64,000 bases of DNA from Fidelibacterota bacterium (GCA_030747125.1 JASLLI010000001.1:75143-139142), one strand, 5' to 3'. Positions 1-10,145 are shown, counted from the first letter of the stretch. The notes: generated by a model from the letters alone, not told the origin. A program made the numbers and translations.

Positions 1-580
1 CTAAAAGTCCACCGGATACAATTATTTTTAATCCCTCTTCAACAGAAATATTAGTTTCAACGGCATCCTTCTGTGGAATATAGAGTAAATAACCCGAGGT
101 GGGGTTAGGAGTAGTAGGTACAAAAATATGATAATACTTTTCATTATTTTCATTTACAGATTCTCCCGTTACCATGGTGAGAGTCCATAACCCCTCTCTG
201 GGATATTGAATATAGACTACCTTTTTAAACGCCTGTCTGTCAGGTTGTGAGAGACTGGTAGTGATTTGTTTTATAGTTTTATAGACGGCATTAACAATGG
301 GAATTTTTGCCAACAAAGTTTCGAGCCATGAATATATTCTCTTGCCAATAACATTGGAAACCAAAATTCCTATAAAATAAATAAATATTACTGTAAGAAG
401 AAATCCTGTTAATTCAGGGACATAATCAGGGACTTTATCTTTAAAAATAAAATCAACTATAGTAGCACCGGGATTGGAAAAAAAGTTAAATAAGTGAAAA
501 GTGATCCAATAGGTTGCTGCAACAGGAAGTATAGAAAGAAGTCCTGTAATAAGATAATATTTTGTAGATTTTTTACTCAT
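1..580 (-). CDS. DUF502-family membrane protein (C-terminus runs off the window edge)
   Basis: Absent from the ORF track because it is truncated. My translation from the ATG at 578-580 gives MSKKSTKYYLITGLLSILPVAATYWITFHLFNFF..., with two N-terminal TM helices and the family-typical VPTTPNPTSGYLLYIP motif. The frame stays open to position 2. Confidence 0.75.
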   Translation of the reverse strand, partial: MSKKSTKYYLITGLLSILPVAATYWITFHLFNFFSNPGATIVDFIFKDKVPDYVPELTGFLLTVIFIYFIGILVSNVIGKRIYSWLETLLAKIPIVNAVYKTIKQITTSLSQPDRQAFKKVVYIQYPREGLWTLTMVTGESVNENNEKYYHIFVPTTPNPTSGYLLYIPQKDAVETNISVEEGLKIIVSGGLL

Positions 581-583
581 TCT

Positions 584-2389
584 CTAAATGCGTTCAAAAC
601 GTTGGTCAAGCTCCTGAATGGATAAATTTATGATAATAGGCCGTCCGTGAGGGCAGTAATAAGGATGTTCAGTTGAAAAGAGTCTGTTAACCAGATGGGT
701 TCTCTCTTCAGGTTTTAACGGATCGCCTGCCTTCACTGCAGACTTGCAGGAATATAATGCGGCGATTTGATCAATAAATGCAGGATTTGCAACTCTCTCA
801 GCCATGTACTGGTCAATGATTTCCCTCACAATTTGGCTTTCATGTCCCCAGTTAATATCCGGTGGAATACCTTCAATGATGATGGTATTTTCACCGAATT
901 CTCTAAATTTAAACCCAATTTTTTCTAAATAGGTTGTAATTTCAATTAAGCTGTCAAACTCTTCAGGCTGTAATGCCAAGGTCTGGGGGAATAACACCGT
1001 TTGAGAAGTAAACCCCTGCCCTTCTAAAGCACGCTTTGCCTCTTCAAACAAGACCCGCTCATGGGCAACATGCTGATCAATTATAACCAATCCGCTTTTT
1101 ATTTCAGTTATGAGGTATTTATTATGTAATTGCCAAATATGGTCTGTGGTAGTAACTAAATCAGAAGTTGCTGGATCGGGGTCACCTAATCCTGCATTCT
1201 CCATTCTTTCCTGAGCTTTCTCAATCACATTTGGCAGGATGGGAAATTGATCATGATTTTCAGCGGCCGCCTGGCGTTTATGAGGGGCAACTTCAAAGGT
1301 GGCCTGAGAGAAGGAATTTTCAGGTTGCTTTAACGGAAGCGATTCAGTGTCAGGAGTGGTGGAAGGATGAAATTGATATCCGGGATTATAGTCAGGTAAT
1401 ACTTTAAGTATATTTTGTAATGCACTGTTAATAGAAGTCTTTATCACATGGTATATTTGCCATTCATTTAAAAAGCGTACTTCCAGTTTTGCAGGATGTA
1501 CATTTACATCAAAATTTTCGAAAGGCATATTAAGAAATAAAACAAAGAAGGGGAACTCTCCTCTGTTAATCAAAGATTGATAAGCAGAGAAAACAGCAGA
1601 ATTAAGAAGTCTGTCCTTAATATAGCGACCATTTAAAAATAGATATTGTTCTCCTTGTCGTTTTTTTAATGCGGAAAGATTTCCTGTAAAACCTTTTATT
1701 GAGTACGGTGATTTTTCCAATTCAACGGGTAAACTATTATCAGAATAAGCAGCACCATAAATAGAAGCTATTCGTTCTAATAAGGATTGGGAGGGTACAT
1801 CATAAACCAGTTTATTATTTGAATACAATTTGAAGGCTATTTCTGGTCTTGCAAGCATAAATCGGCGCATCATGGAATTTATAACCGCCTGTTCTGTTTC
1901 AGGCTTTTTTAAGAATTTACGCCGGGCAGGTGTATTATAAAATAAATTTTGTACTTTACAAAGTGTACCTTTTTGAGAAGCTGCAGGCAGGAATGAATTT
2001 TCTTCACTTCCGTTAATGATGATTTCATTGCATTCCATATCGGAAGCAGCTGATCGTGCAGTAAATCTGGATACGGAAGCTATGCTTGGCAGGGCTTCTC
2101 CTCTGAATCCTAAGGTGTGAATCGCATTGAGGTCATCTAAAGATGATATCTTGCTGGTGGCATGACGCCTGAAAGCAAGACGGAGATTCTCAGAATTCAT
2201 ACCACAGCCATTATCAGATACCTGAATGAGCTCATGCCCTCCTTTCTTGACCACTACCTGAATGGAATCTGCTCCGGAATCCAGTGAATTTTCTACAAGC
2301 TCTTTCACAACCGATGCAGGTCTGTCAATGACTTCACCTGCAGCTATTTGATCAACTAAGGTTGAATCTAAAGGATGTATATCAGCCAT
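584..2389 (-). CDS. mutL: DNA mismatch repair protein MutL (endonuclease type)
   Basis: 601 aa. GHKL ATPase N-terminus (DQIAAGEVIDRPASVVKELVENSLDSGA). C-terminal endonuclease motif DQHVAHERVLFEE. Confidence 0.97.
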   Translation of the reverse strand: MADIHPLDSTLVDQIAAGEVIDRPASVVKELVENSLDSGADSIQVVVKKGGHELIQVSDNGCGMNSENLRLAFRRHATSKISSLDDLNAIHTLGFRGEALPSIASVSRFTARSAASDMECNEIIINGSEENSFLPAASQKGTLCKVQNLFYNTPARRKFLKKPETEQAVINSMMRRFMLARPEIAFKLYSNNKLVYDVPSQSLLERIASIYGAAYSDNSLPVELEKSPYSIKGFTGNLSALKKRQGEQYLFLNGRYIKDRLLNSAVFSAYQSLINRGEFPFFVLFLNMPFENFDVNVHPAKLEVRFLNEWQIYHVIKTSINSALQNILKVLPDYNPGYQFHPSTTPDTESLPLKQPENSFSQATFEVAPHKRQAAAENHDQFPILPNVIEKAQERMENAGLGDPDPATSDLVTTTDHIWQLHNKYLITEIKSGLVIIDQHVAHERVLFEEAKRALEGQGFTSQTVLFPQTLALQPEEFDSLIEITTYLEKIGFKFREFGENTIIIEGIPPDINWGHESQIVREIIDQYMAERVANPAFIDQIAALYSCKSAVKAGDPLKPEERTHLVNRLFSTEHPYYCPHGRPIIINLSIQELDQRFERI

Positions 2390-4058
2390 GTGTTATTTTG
2401 TCATCAACGATACTGCGTACTTCTTCCAGAATGATTTCAGAGTCAGTAATAATTTGATGGGTTTGAGTTTGCATTTTCTCTATAAATGCTGTGTCTTTCA
2501 TATCTTTTAAATTTATATATACATTAAGTGCAGCTCCCCTCACACCGGCATATGCCATTTCTGCTGCAACCCCTGCATCTGATACTGAATTGGGATTTCC
2601 TGAAGTAGCTGCCTGCTTTGCAAGGGGTAAAACATCACTACACCGCTTTAGTGTATCAAAGGGAACCATGGTGGCAATTTTCATAGCATCATTCATAGCC
2701 TTTTGACGAAATTCTTCCTGTTCTTTCGTTTTTTGCGGCAGCCTGAAGGAATCCATCACTTTATTAAATGCATCTGTATCTTTATCAATGAGTTGAAGGA
2801 GATCAGCTTTAATATTCTGACTTTTTTCAGCAATTCCATTCATTTCATCATATAGAGGCATCCACTTCTTTTTGCCAAATGTGAGATTTGCAACCATAGC
2901 ACTTAAAGAAGCTGCAAGTGATCCTGCAAGTGCTGCAACACTGCCGCCCCCTGGTGCAGGGCTGTCAGAAGACAATTCGTCACAAAATCCATGTATTTTC
3001 ATGGAAGCCAAAGGACCAAACTTTTCACTGATACTGTATTCGATAATTTTTTCTTGCGGATCAAAGGGGGCCAGTTCGTCCAATCCCATTGATTTTATTG
3101 CGATATGGATGATATCCTTTTCAGGGATTCCCACTGATCTTTTTTGTTTATGTAAATAATACTTTCCTGCAGTTAACATCGCCTCTAATGGAATGAGGCC
3201 CACCAGCTCAGAGCCGGTAACGCGTACTCCTCTTTTTGAAGCCTGGGTTCTGCATTCATCAAAAGCAATATGAGGGGCTGTATCATTAAAATTTGTAAGG
3301 TTCATAGATATTTGTGCCACTCCATATTCCTCAATATACCATCCTACAGCTTTGCATGATTTAAAAATACCTGGGGCTTTGATTGGCACACCATTTTCGT
3401 CTCTGATAAATTTACCTTTCTTATCCCGCTTATTTCTACCTTGCTCGCGAATATCAAGAGAGATATCCGTTGCAATTTTCTTATCCTTCGTATTCAGATT
3501 CACATTATAGGCGATAAGAAAATTTCTTGCTCCAATGGCTGTTACCCCGGCAGTAGTATGGTTTTCTGTAGGACCATAGTCCGGTTTCCATTCGGAGCTT
3601 TTTATTTTTTCTGCCATACCTTCAAATTCACCATTTCGAATGTTTGCAAGATTTTTTCTATCGGGAGTAGAAGCGGAATATTCGTATAAGAAGACTGGTA
3701 TGTTCAACTCCTTCCCAACGCGTGCTCCTAATATTTCTGAGTATTCTACACAATCATCCATGGTGGCACCTGCAATAGGCACAAAAGGGCATACATCTGT
3801 AGCTCCCATTCTTGCATGCGCTCCCTGGTGGTTGCGTAAATCAATTATTTCAGAAGCTTTCTTGATGCCTTTAAAGGCGGCTTCAATAACTGCTTCAGGG
3901 CTGCCTACGATGGTTACAACAGTTCTATTTGTATCAGCGCCGGGGTCTACATCTAATAAGGTGATACCTCCTGCAGACTCTATGGCATCTGTAATTTCTT
4001 TAATTTTGTTTAAATCTCTGCCTTCGCTGAAATTTGGTACACATTCAATAATTTTCAC
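2382..4058 (-). CDS. Bifunctional glutamate formimidoyltransferase / formimidoyltetrahydrofolate cyclodeaminase (FTCD-like)
   Basis: The ORF runs 2382..4325, but family similarity begins at VKIIECVPNFSEGRD. The C-terminal half is cyclodeaminase-like (SPAPGGGSVAALAGSLAASL). An in-frame GTG at 4058 has GGAG 7 nt upstream, gives MKIIECVPNF..., and removes the overlap with the upstream gene. Confidence 0.85.
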   Translation of the reverse strand: MKIIECVPNFSEGRDLNKIKEITDAIESAGGITLLDVDPGADTNRTVVTIVGSPEAVIEAAFKGIKKASEIIDLRNHQGAHARMGATDVCPFVPIAGATMDDCVEYSEILGARVGKELNIPVFLYEYSASTPDRKNLANIRNGEFEGMAEKIKSSEWKPDYGPTENHTTAGVTAIGARNFLIAYNVNLNTKDKKIATDISLDIREQGRNKRDKKGKFIRDENGVPIKAPGIFKSCKAVGWYIEEYGVAQISMNLTNFNDTAPHIAFDECRTQASKRGVRVTGSELVGLIPLEAMLTAGKYYLHKQKRSVGIPEKDIIHIAIKSMGLDELAPFDPQEKIIEYSISEKFGPLASMKIHGFCDELSSDSPAPGGGSVAALAGSLAASLSAMVANLTFGKKKWMPLYDEMNGIAEKSQNIKADLLQLIDKDTDAFNKVMDSFRLPQKTKEQEEFRQKAMNDAMKIATMVPFDTLKRCSDVLPLAKQAATSGNPNSVSDAGVAAEMAYAGVRGAALNVYINLKDMKDTAFIEKMQTQTHQIITDSEIILEEVRSIVDDKITHG

Positions 4059-4189
4059 TGAGTTGCTCCGAAGTTTGATAAATATTGGATTAAGAAAATC
4101 AGAATAAAAAGAATAATTATATTTCTGATAATAATGAGAATACGGCTGTTTTTTCTCCAGAACTGGCTTCGCCAATGTTGCATAAATAT

Positions 4190-4822
4190 TTACAATCCTG
4201 CAAAAAGAAACATAAAAAATTTGATAAATGGCATCATCACCGTTCCTAAAAGTGAAAATGGGGTAAGGATTCCGATCAATATGATGACCATAAGTATTTT
4301 TGGACCATACATTTGCATTTTCCATGCCAATTCAGGGTTTGTCTTGGAAATATAATTACCGAAAATTTGCGAACCGTCAAGTGGAGCGATAGGAATCATA
4401 TTAAACACAGCTAAGGCAATATTAATAAATATAAAAAAATAAATTGCCTTAAGCAGAGATTCACCGGGAAAAACCTGTGTGTAATTTAAAAACCGCATTA
4501 AAGTTCCGCCTATGAATGCCAGAAGTAAATTAGATGCAGGACCTGCAAAGGCTACTTTCATCATATCTACACGAGGATTACGGAAATTAACGGGGTTCAC
4601 CGGCACTGGTTTAGCCCAGCCAAATCCCACAAACAAAATCATTAATGAACCAACCGGATCAAGATGGGCAAGGGGATTCAGCGTAAGTCTACCATTGCGC
4701 TCTGCTGTTGGATCCCCTAATTTGTACGCTATGTAACCGTGGGAAAATTCATGGAAACATAGTGAAAATACTAGGATAGGTAATAAAATTATCAGTACTT
4801 CTATTGGCAGTCTGATCAGCAT
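4190..4822 (-). CDS. Site-2 protease (peptidase M50) family membrane metalloprotease
   Basis: 210 aa, polytopic. HEFSHG (HExxH) and NMIPIAPLDG motifs. Confidence 0.85.
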   Translation of the reverse strand: MLIRLPIEVLIILLPILVFSLCFHEFSHGYIAYKLGDPTAERNGRLTLNPLAHLDPVGSLMILFVGFGWAKPVPVNPVNFRNPRVDMMKVAFAGPASNLLLAFIGGTLMRFLNYTQVFPGESLLKAIYFFIFINIALAVFNMIPIAPLDGSQIFGNYISKTNPELAWKMQMYGPKILMVIILIGILTPFSLLGTVMMPFIKFFMFLFAGL

Positions 4823-5773
4823 CTAACTTCTCGGATGTGTTTCATTAAACACTTCTTTCAAATAGGATTTATCCGCATGTGTATAAATTTGGGTTGTAGT
4901 AATATCTGAATGGCCTAATAATTCCTGAACAACCCTTAAATCAGCCCCGCCTTCAATTAAATGTGTGGCAAAGCTATGGCGCAATACATGAGGACTTACC
5001 TTTTTGGTGATATCCGCCAGTCTGGCATTTTTCTGAAGTATATTCCAAATTGACATTCGGGTAATTCTCGAACCTCGGTTATTTAAAAACAAATACCCGT
5101 CACTTTTCCCCTTTTTGGTAAGTTCTTGTCGTAATCCATTCATATATTCATTTATCCAATTTAATGTTTTTAGGGATACAGGAACAATCCGCTCTTTATC
5201 TCCTTTTCCTAAAATGCGAACCAATTCTTCCTCCATAGACAGGTTAATTATTTTTAAATCTATCAATTCAGTCACGCGTAACCCTGAGGAATAAAGTAAT
5301 CCTATAATTGCCTTATCTCTTAGTGCAAATCGTTTTGAAATATCTACAGCACTAATAAGTTTCTCAACCTCTTCAACAAGTAAGGTAGAAGGAATTTTTC
5401 TTTTCAATTTAGGAATGGGAATTCCATGAGTGGGGTCTTCTAAATCTATCCCTTGATGATGGAGATATAAATGAAATCCACGGAGTGTTGACATGAGGCG
5501 AGAAATGGAGGATGTTTTCCGCATTCTCTTACTGCTATTATCTGATTGAACTTCCTGAACTGATTTTAGAAAATTCTCTATATCATCTGTTGAAATATTG
5601 TCAAATGAAGTTTTTCCTTCATTTGCATTGAGATAAGAGATATATTTGTATAAATCAAATTTATAAGATGCCAGGGTGTTTACCGATAAGCGTCTTTCAA
5701 ATTGGAGATGATTTAAATATTCCTCAACTGGTTGTAAGAGTGGGTTATCTGAATTGAGTCCTGATTTTGTCAT
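4823..5773 (-). CDS. xerD: Tyrosine recombinase, XerC/XerD type
   Basis: 316 aa. Catalytic C-terminal box HVLRHSFATHLIEGGADLRVVQELLGHSDITTTQIYTH. XerC versus XerD cannot be resolved by eye. Confidence 0.8.
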   Translation of the reverse strand: MTKSGLNSDNPLLQPVEEYLNHLQFERRLSVNTLASYKFDLYKYISYLNANEGKTSFDNISTDDIENFLKSVQEVQSDNSSKRMRKTSSISRLMSTLRGFHLYLHHQGIDLEDPTHGIPIPKLKRKIPSTLLVEEVEKLISAVDISKRFALRDKAIIGLLYSSGLRVTELIDLKIINLSMEEELVRILGKGDKERIVPVSLKTLNWINEYMNGLRQELTKKGKSDGYLFLNNRGSRITRMSIWNILQKNARLADITKKVSPHVLRHSFATHLIEGGADLRVVQELLGHSDITTTQIYTHADKSYLKEVFNETHPRS

Positions 5774-5775
5774 AA

Positions 5776-6516
5776 TTAATGATGAATGAAGTCTGTGAAC
5801 ATTTTTAAATCATTCAAGGTTGGATTTTGTTCCAATTGTGTTCCAGTCACAATATATCCTGCACCATTTTTCCTTAAGTCGGCTGCCGAAGCTGGTGAGT
5901 GTACTCCTCCCCCTACAATAATAGGGATATCCAAATGTGAGTGCAAATAAGAAACAATATCAACAGCTGCATGGTTCTCTGCCCCGCTTCCTGCTTCCAG
6001 AAATACCATTTTATTTCCCAGAAATTGCCCTGCGAGAGCATGTGCCAGTATGATATCCCTTTTATTCATTGGCAGGGGCGTAGTATTGCTCATGATTTCT
6101 ACCGAGGATCGATTCCCGCCTTCAAGTAAAATATAGGCTGTGGCAATGGTTTCTAAATTCAGATTATAAATCACCGGAGCTGATTTTACATGTTCTCCAA
6201 TGAGATATTGTGGGTTTCGCCCGCTAATAAGTGAAAGGAACAATATTGCATCGGCATTTGCAGAAAGTTGATTAGACGATCCCGGAAAGATAACAACAGG
6301 TAAATCAGTATTTTCTTTTATAAGTTGAATTCGTGATTCAAATGCATTATCAGATATCAAACTGCCACCAACAAATATAACATCAAACCCGCTATCATTT
6401 ACTAAAGATACTATATTGGAAAGTGCAGAATCATTTTTCTTATCGGGATCAATGAGGGCAACTGCAACACAGCCTTTATCTTTCCGGACAGATTCTAATG
6501 TTTGAAAAACACTCAT
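5776..6516 (-). CDS. Geranylgeranylglyceryl / heptaprenylglyceryl phosphate synthase family protein (GGGPS/PcrB)
   Basis: TIM-barrel family motifs VALIDPDKK, VIFVGGS, FLEAGSGA, PIIVGGGV. The ORF-track start at 6534 is GTG. The ATG at 6516 overlaps the gcvPA TGA stop (ATGA). Neither start has an SD, so the start is ambiguous. Confidence 0.8.
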   Translation of the reverse strand: MSVFQTLESVRKDKGCVAVALIDPDKKNDSALSNIVSLVNDSGFDVIFVGGSLISDNAFESRIQLIKENTDLPVVIFPGSSNQLSANADAILFLSLISGRNPQYLIGEHVKSAPVIYNLNLETIATAYILLEGGNRSSVEIMSNTTPLPMNKRDIILAHALAGQFLGNKMVFLEAGSGAENHAAVDIVSYLHSHLDIPIIVGGGVHSPASAADLRKNGAGYIVTGTQLEQNPTLNDLKMFTDFIHH

Positions 6517-7835
6517 TTTACTGAAGATAAACACTCAATCAAGGTGTCAATCTGCCGCTTGTTTCTTTTCTCAGTTACTGCAATCTGTATCAAGGTATCT
6601 GTAGAATCATACTCCGGCTGCTGCACCGTAATTCCATTTTTATAACATACTTCCACCACCTGCTGTGCTGAATGGCCTGTCTCTACGATAAACTCTTTTA
6701 AAAATCCTCTGTTATATTTTAAGGAATAGCAATCAAGTTCATTAATGAGGTTAGCAGCATATTGTGCATTTTGGTAGGCAATTTGTGCAGCTTTTGAAAG
6801 TCCATTTTTTCCCATTAATGCCATATAAATAGTAGCTCTCAGCGCAAGCAATCCCTGATTAGTACAAATATTTGAAGTGGCTTTTTCTCTACGGATATGC
6901 TGTTCTCGTGTTTGAAGAGTTAATACATAACCTGGTATGTTATTTTTATCTACAGTTTTCCCTATAATTCTGCCGGGCATTTTTCTTTTATATTTATCTT
7001 TTGCAGCCATGAGTCCAAGCAAAGGGCCACCATAATTCATTGCATTACCCAGGGATTGTCCTTCCCCAACATAAATATCAGCGCCACATGCACCCGGTGA
7101 CTTCAGCAGGGATAATGAGTGCGGATCTGCGATGGCAACTAACAGTGCATTAGCATCTCCCATTTTTGCTTTAGCTAATCCCCAATCTTCAACTAAACCA
7201 TAAGTATTGGGTGATTGAATTAACACAATGGCAGCCTTTTCAATTTGGGAAGAGAGTGTATCTAAATTGGATCTTCCGTCATTCTCTTCAAGGGCTATCA
7301 GTTCTGCTTGAAATCCCTTTAAACAGGTTTTCAGCACATTGATATAATGAGGATGCAGCAATGATGAATATATAATTTTATTTTTCCTGGTGACGGATAA
7401 AGCCAATGAACAGGCTTCAGAAATGGCTGTTGCACCGTCATACAAGGAAGCATTTGCTATATCCATTCCGGACAGCTCACAAATCATGGATTGAAATTCA
7501 TATAAATATTGGAGCGTTCCCTGGCTCACTTCTGCCTGATACGGTGAATATGCAGTGTAGAATTCAGACCGTCCTGCTAAAAAATCAACCGCTTTAGGAA
7601 TAAAATGATCATAAATGCCACCTCCGATAAAACATACATTGTCAGATTGATTTATAGCGGATAGAGTTTTCAGCTCTTCTTCAATGTCTATTTCTGAAAG
7701 TGGATATCCTATCCCAATTTTTTCTCTAATCTGCAGATGTGAGGATATTACGGAAATCAGTTCATCAAAATTCTCAATTCCGGATTGTTTCAGTATGTCT
7801 TTTTCTTCAGCTTCTGTTGTGGGTATATAATGCAT
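6513..7835 (-). CDS. gcvPA: Glycine dehydrogenase (aminomethyl-transferring) subunit 1
   Basis: 440 aa. MHYIPTTEAE... N-terminus and the YSPYQAEVSQGTLQ motif typical of split P-protein subunit 1. Confidence 0.93.
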   Translation of the reverse strand: MHYIPTTEAEEKDILKQSGIENFDELISVISSHLQIREKIGIGYPLSEIDIEEELKTLSAINQSDNVCFIGGGIYDHFIPKAVDFLAGRSEFYTAYSPYQAEVSQGTLQYLYEFQSMICELSGMDIANASLYDGATAISEACSLALSVTRKNKIIYSSLLHPHYINVLKTCLKGFQAELIALEENDGRSNLDTLSSQIEKAAIVLIQSPNTYGLVEDWGLAKAKMGDANALLVAIADPHSLSLLKSPGACGADIYVGEGQSLGNAMNYGGPLLGLMAAKDKYKRKMPGRIIGKTVDKNNIPGYVLTLQTREQHIRREKATSNICTNQGLLALRATIYMALMGKNGLSKAAQIAYQNAQYAANLINELDCYSLKYNRGFLKEFIVETGHSAQQVVEVCYKNGITVQQPEYDSTDTLIQIAVTEKRNKRQIDTLIECLSSVK

Positions 7836-7869
7836 GCAGTTGAATAGTGATTAATAAAAGAGATTAAAA

Positions 7870-8244
7870 TCAGCTGATAATTTCTTTATATGCTGCGGCT
7901 GTAAGTAATTCAACGTCTCCTTCAGACACATCTTTTAATTTTATCATCCAGCCTGTGCCATAGGGGTCTGTATTGGTGAGTTCCGGATTATTTCCTAATG
8001 CGGAATTCACTTCAACTACGGTTCCATCTAGGGGTGTGAAAATATCAGCAACTGTTTTCACCGCTTCTATGGTACCAATGGAATCACCAGCTTTTGCCTG
8101 TACATCTATATCCGGGAATTCGACAAAAATGATATCCCCTAATTCTCCCTGTGCAAAATCTGTAATACCGATGGTAGCAATTCCGTCTTTGAGTTCAATC
8201 CATTCATGGTCTTTGGTGTATTTTAAATGGTCGGGTATATTCAT
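7870..8244 (-). CDS. gcvH: Glycine cleavage system H protein
   Basis: 124 aa. Lipoyl-lysine motif IEAVKTVADI. Confidence 0.95.
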   Translation of the reverse strand: MNIPDHLKYTKDHEWIELKDGIATIGITDFAQGELGDIIFVEFPDIDVQAKAGDSIGTIEAVKTVADIFTPLDGTVVEVNSALGNNPELTNTDPYGTGWMIKLKDVSEGDVELLTAAAYKEIIS

Positions 8245-8246
8245 TT

Positions 8247-9599
8247 TTATTCTCCTGAAATATAATTAAAATTGTTTAAGAATCCGGTGTCAATATTTCC
8301 GTTTTGAAAATTTTCGTTTTCTAAAATTTGCTTTTGGAAAGGAATAACTGTTTTGATGCCCTCAAAAACACATTCATCAAGGGCACCTATCATACGGTGA
8401 ATTGCTTCTGTGCGAGAGGGGGCATGTACAATGAGTTTGGCTACCATTGAGTCATAAAATGGTGGAACTTTATAACCGGCATAAACATGTGTATCTACAC
8501 GAATCCCCATTCCGCCAGGCATGTGAAAACTAGAAATGGTGCCCGGAGAGGGTCGAAACTGCTTATCAGGATCTTCGGCATTAATTCTGCATTCTATGGA
8601 ATGCCCTCTGATTTTAATCTTTTTCATCCAGTTAGGGATAGGAATTCTGGCATGACAAAGTATTTGATACTTAATAAGATCAGCCCCGATTACCATTTCT
8701 GTTACGGGATGTTCAACTTGAATTCTGGTGTTCATTTCCATGAAGTAGAACTCACCATGACTGTCCATAAGGAATTCAATCGTACCGGCACCGACATAAT
8801 CTACTGCCTTAGCTCCGGCAATCGCTGCTGCATACATCTTATTTCTAATGTCATCTGTTACTCCCGGTGAAGGTGATTCTTCAATCATTTTTTGATGTCT
8901 TCTCTGTATAGAACATTCCCTTTCACCCAAAGCTACTACATTTCCATGTGTATCAGCTAGAATTTGAATTTCTATATGCCTGGGCTTTTGAATGAATTTC
9001 TCCAAATACATGTCGCTGTTATTAAACGCAATTTCAGCTTCTGATTGAGCAGTTTTCAGTGCATTTTCCAACTGATCCGGAGTTTCTACAAGTCGCATCC
9101 CCCTGCCTCCACCACCTGCAGATGCCTTTAGCATGACCGGGTAACCTGCATTTTCTGCTTCCCTATAACAATGATCTATGGATTCAATAACTCCATCTGA
9201 ACCATAGATCACTGGTACACCAATGGATTTCATAGTAGATTTTGCCTGCGCTTTATTCCCCATTGCGTCTATAGTTTCTGGTGGCGGCCCAATAAATTCA
9301 ATTCCATTATCACTGCAAATTTTTGAAAAATTTGAACTTTCTGCTAAAAATCCATAACCGGGATGAATGGCATCTGCATTAGTCAGCTCAGCCGCAGCGA
9401 TTATGGCAGGGATATTGAGATAGGATTTTGCAGATTCAGGAGGGCCAATACAAACGGCCTCATCTGCAAATTTTGTATGGAGAGAAAGTTCATCTGCCTT
9501 GGAATAGACTGCAACTGTACCAATATTTAATTCTCTGCATGCACGGATAATTCGGAGGGCAATCTCCCCTCGGTTAGCAACTAATATTTTCTTATACAT
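8247..9599 (-). CDS. accC: Acetyl-CoA carboxylase biotin carboxylase subunit
   Basis: 450 aa. [27 protein letters not shown]-terminus and ATP-grasp core ([14 protein letters not shown]). Confidence 0.96.
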   Translation of the reverse strand: MYKKILVANRGEIALRIIRACRELNIGTVAVYSKADELSLHTKFADEAVCIGPPESAKSYLNIPAIIAAAELTNADAIHPGYGFLAESSNFSKICSDNGIEFIGPPPETIDAMGNKAQAKSTMKSIGVPVIYGSDGVIESIDHCYREAENAGYPVMLKASAGGGGRGMRLVETPDQLENALKTAQSEAEIAFNNSDMYLEKFIQKPRHIEIQILADTHGNVVALGERECSIQRRHQKMIEESPSPGVTDDIRNKMYAAAIAGAKAVDYVGAGTIEFLMDSHGEFYFMEMNTRIQVEHPVTEMVIGADLIKYQILCHARIPIPNWMKKIKIRGHSIECRINAEDPDKQFRPSPGTISSFHMPGGMGIRVDTHVYAGYKVPPFYDSMVAKLIVHAPSRTEAIHRMIGALDECVFEGIKTVIPFQKQILENENFQNGNIDTGFLNNFNYISGE

Positions 9600-10145
9600 T
9601 TATGCGGGGGATATAATAATCAGATCTTGATCGTATTCAACGGGGGTAGAATCTTTTATCAGAATTTTTTCCACTTTCCCTGACACCTCAGATTCAATTT
9701 CATTAAATATTTTCATGGCTTCAATAATACAGATTACCTGCCCCTCTTTGATCATATCCCCTTCAGAAATAAAGGGCGGATCTCCTGGTTTTGCCGAAGC
9801 ATAGAAGGTGCCAACCAATGGAGCTTTTATAGTTTGTGTATCTACTTCAGAACCTACAGTATCTTCTGCCTGCGGCGGCGGAGGTGGTTCTACATCCACC
9901 TGAGATGTTGGTGCAACGGGAGGTATAGCGGGAGATTCTACAACAGTTTGTTGTGCAGAAGGTTCAGGTGATGAATGTTGGGGTTCATCGTTTGGAAGAA
10001 TCTCATAACTTTGGGTTTGAGGAGCAGTATTTTTTCGAACTTTTATTTTCTGTCGTCCCCAAAATGTTGAGACTTCAAGTTCATCTACATTTGAATTCTC
10101 CAGGATGGTAATCAGTGATTTCACATTGTCATCAATATTTGCCAT
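9600..10145 (-). CDS. accB: Biotin carboxyl carrier protein
   Basis: 181 aa. Pro/Ala-rich linker and biotinyl motif IEAMKIFNEIE. Confidence 0.93.
   Translation of the reverse strand: MANIDDNVKSLITILENSNVDELEVSTFWGRQKIKVRKNTAPQTQSYEILPNDEPQHSSPEPSAQQTVVESPAIPPVAPTSQVDVEPPPPPQAEDTVGSEVDTQTIKAPLVGTFYASAKPGDPPFISEGDMIKEGQVICIIEAMKIFNEIESEVSGKVEKILIKDSTPVEYDQDLIIISPA

Noticed and set aside
3640-4107. 155-aa plus-strand ORF antisense to the FTCD-like gene
   Set aside because: The opposite strand encodes an unambiguous formimidoyltransferase domain. The antisense product has no recognisable motif, SD or family resemblance. The same reasoning applies to the other antisense ORFs at 8487-8870, 49476-49823, 57126-57506 and 62523-62843.
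4823-5773. The tyrosine recombinase as a marker of an integrated mobile element
   Set aside because: It has the XerC/XerD-type sequence and length, is flanked at 0-2 nt by housekeeping genes in the same operon, and has no adjacent tRNA, direct repeats or cargo genes.
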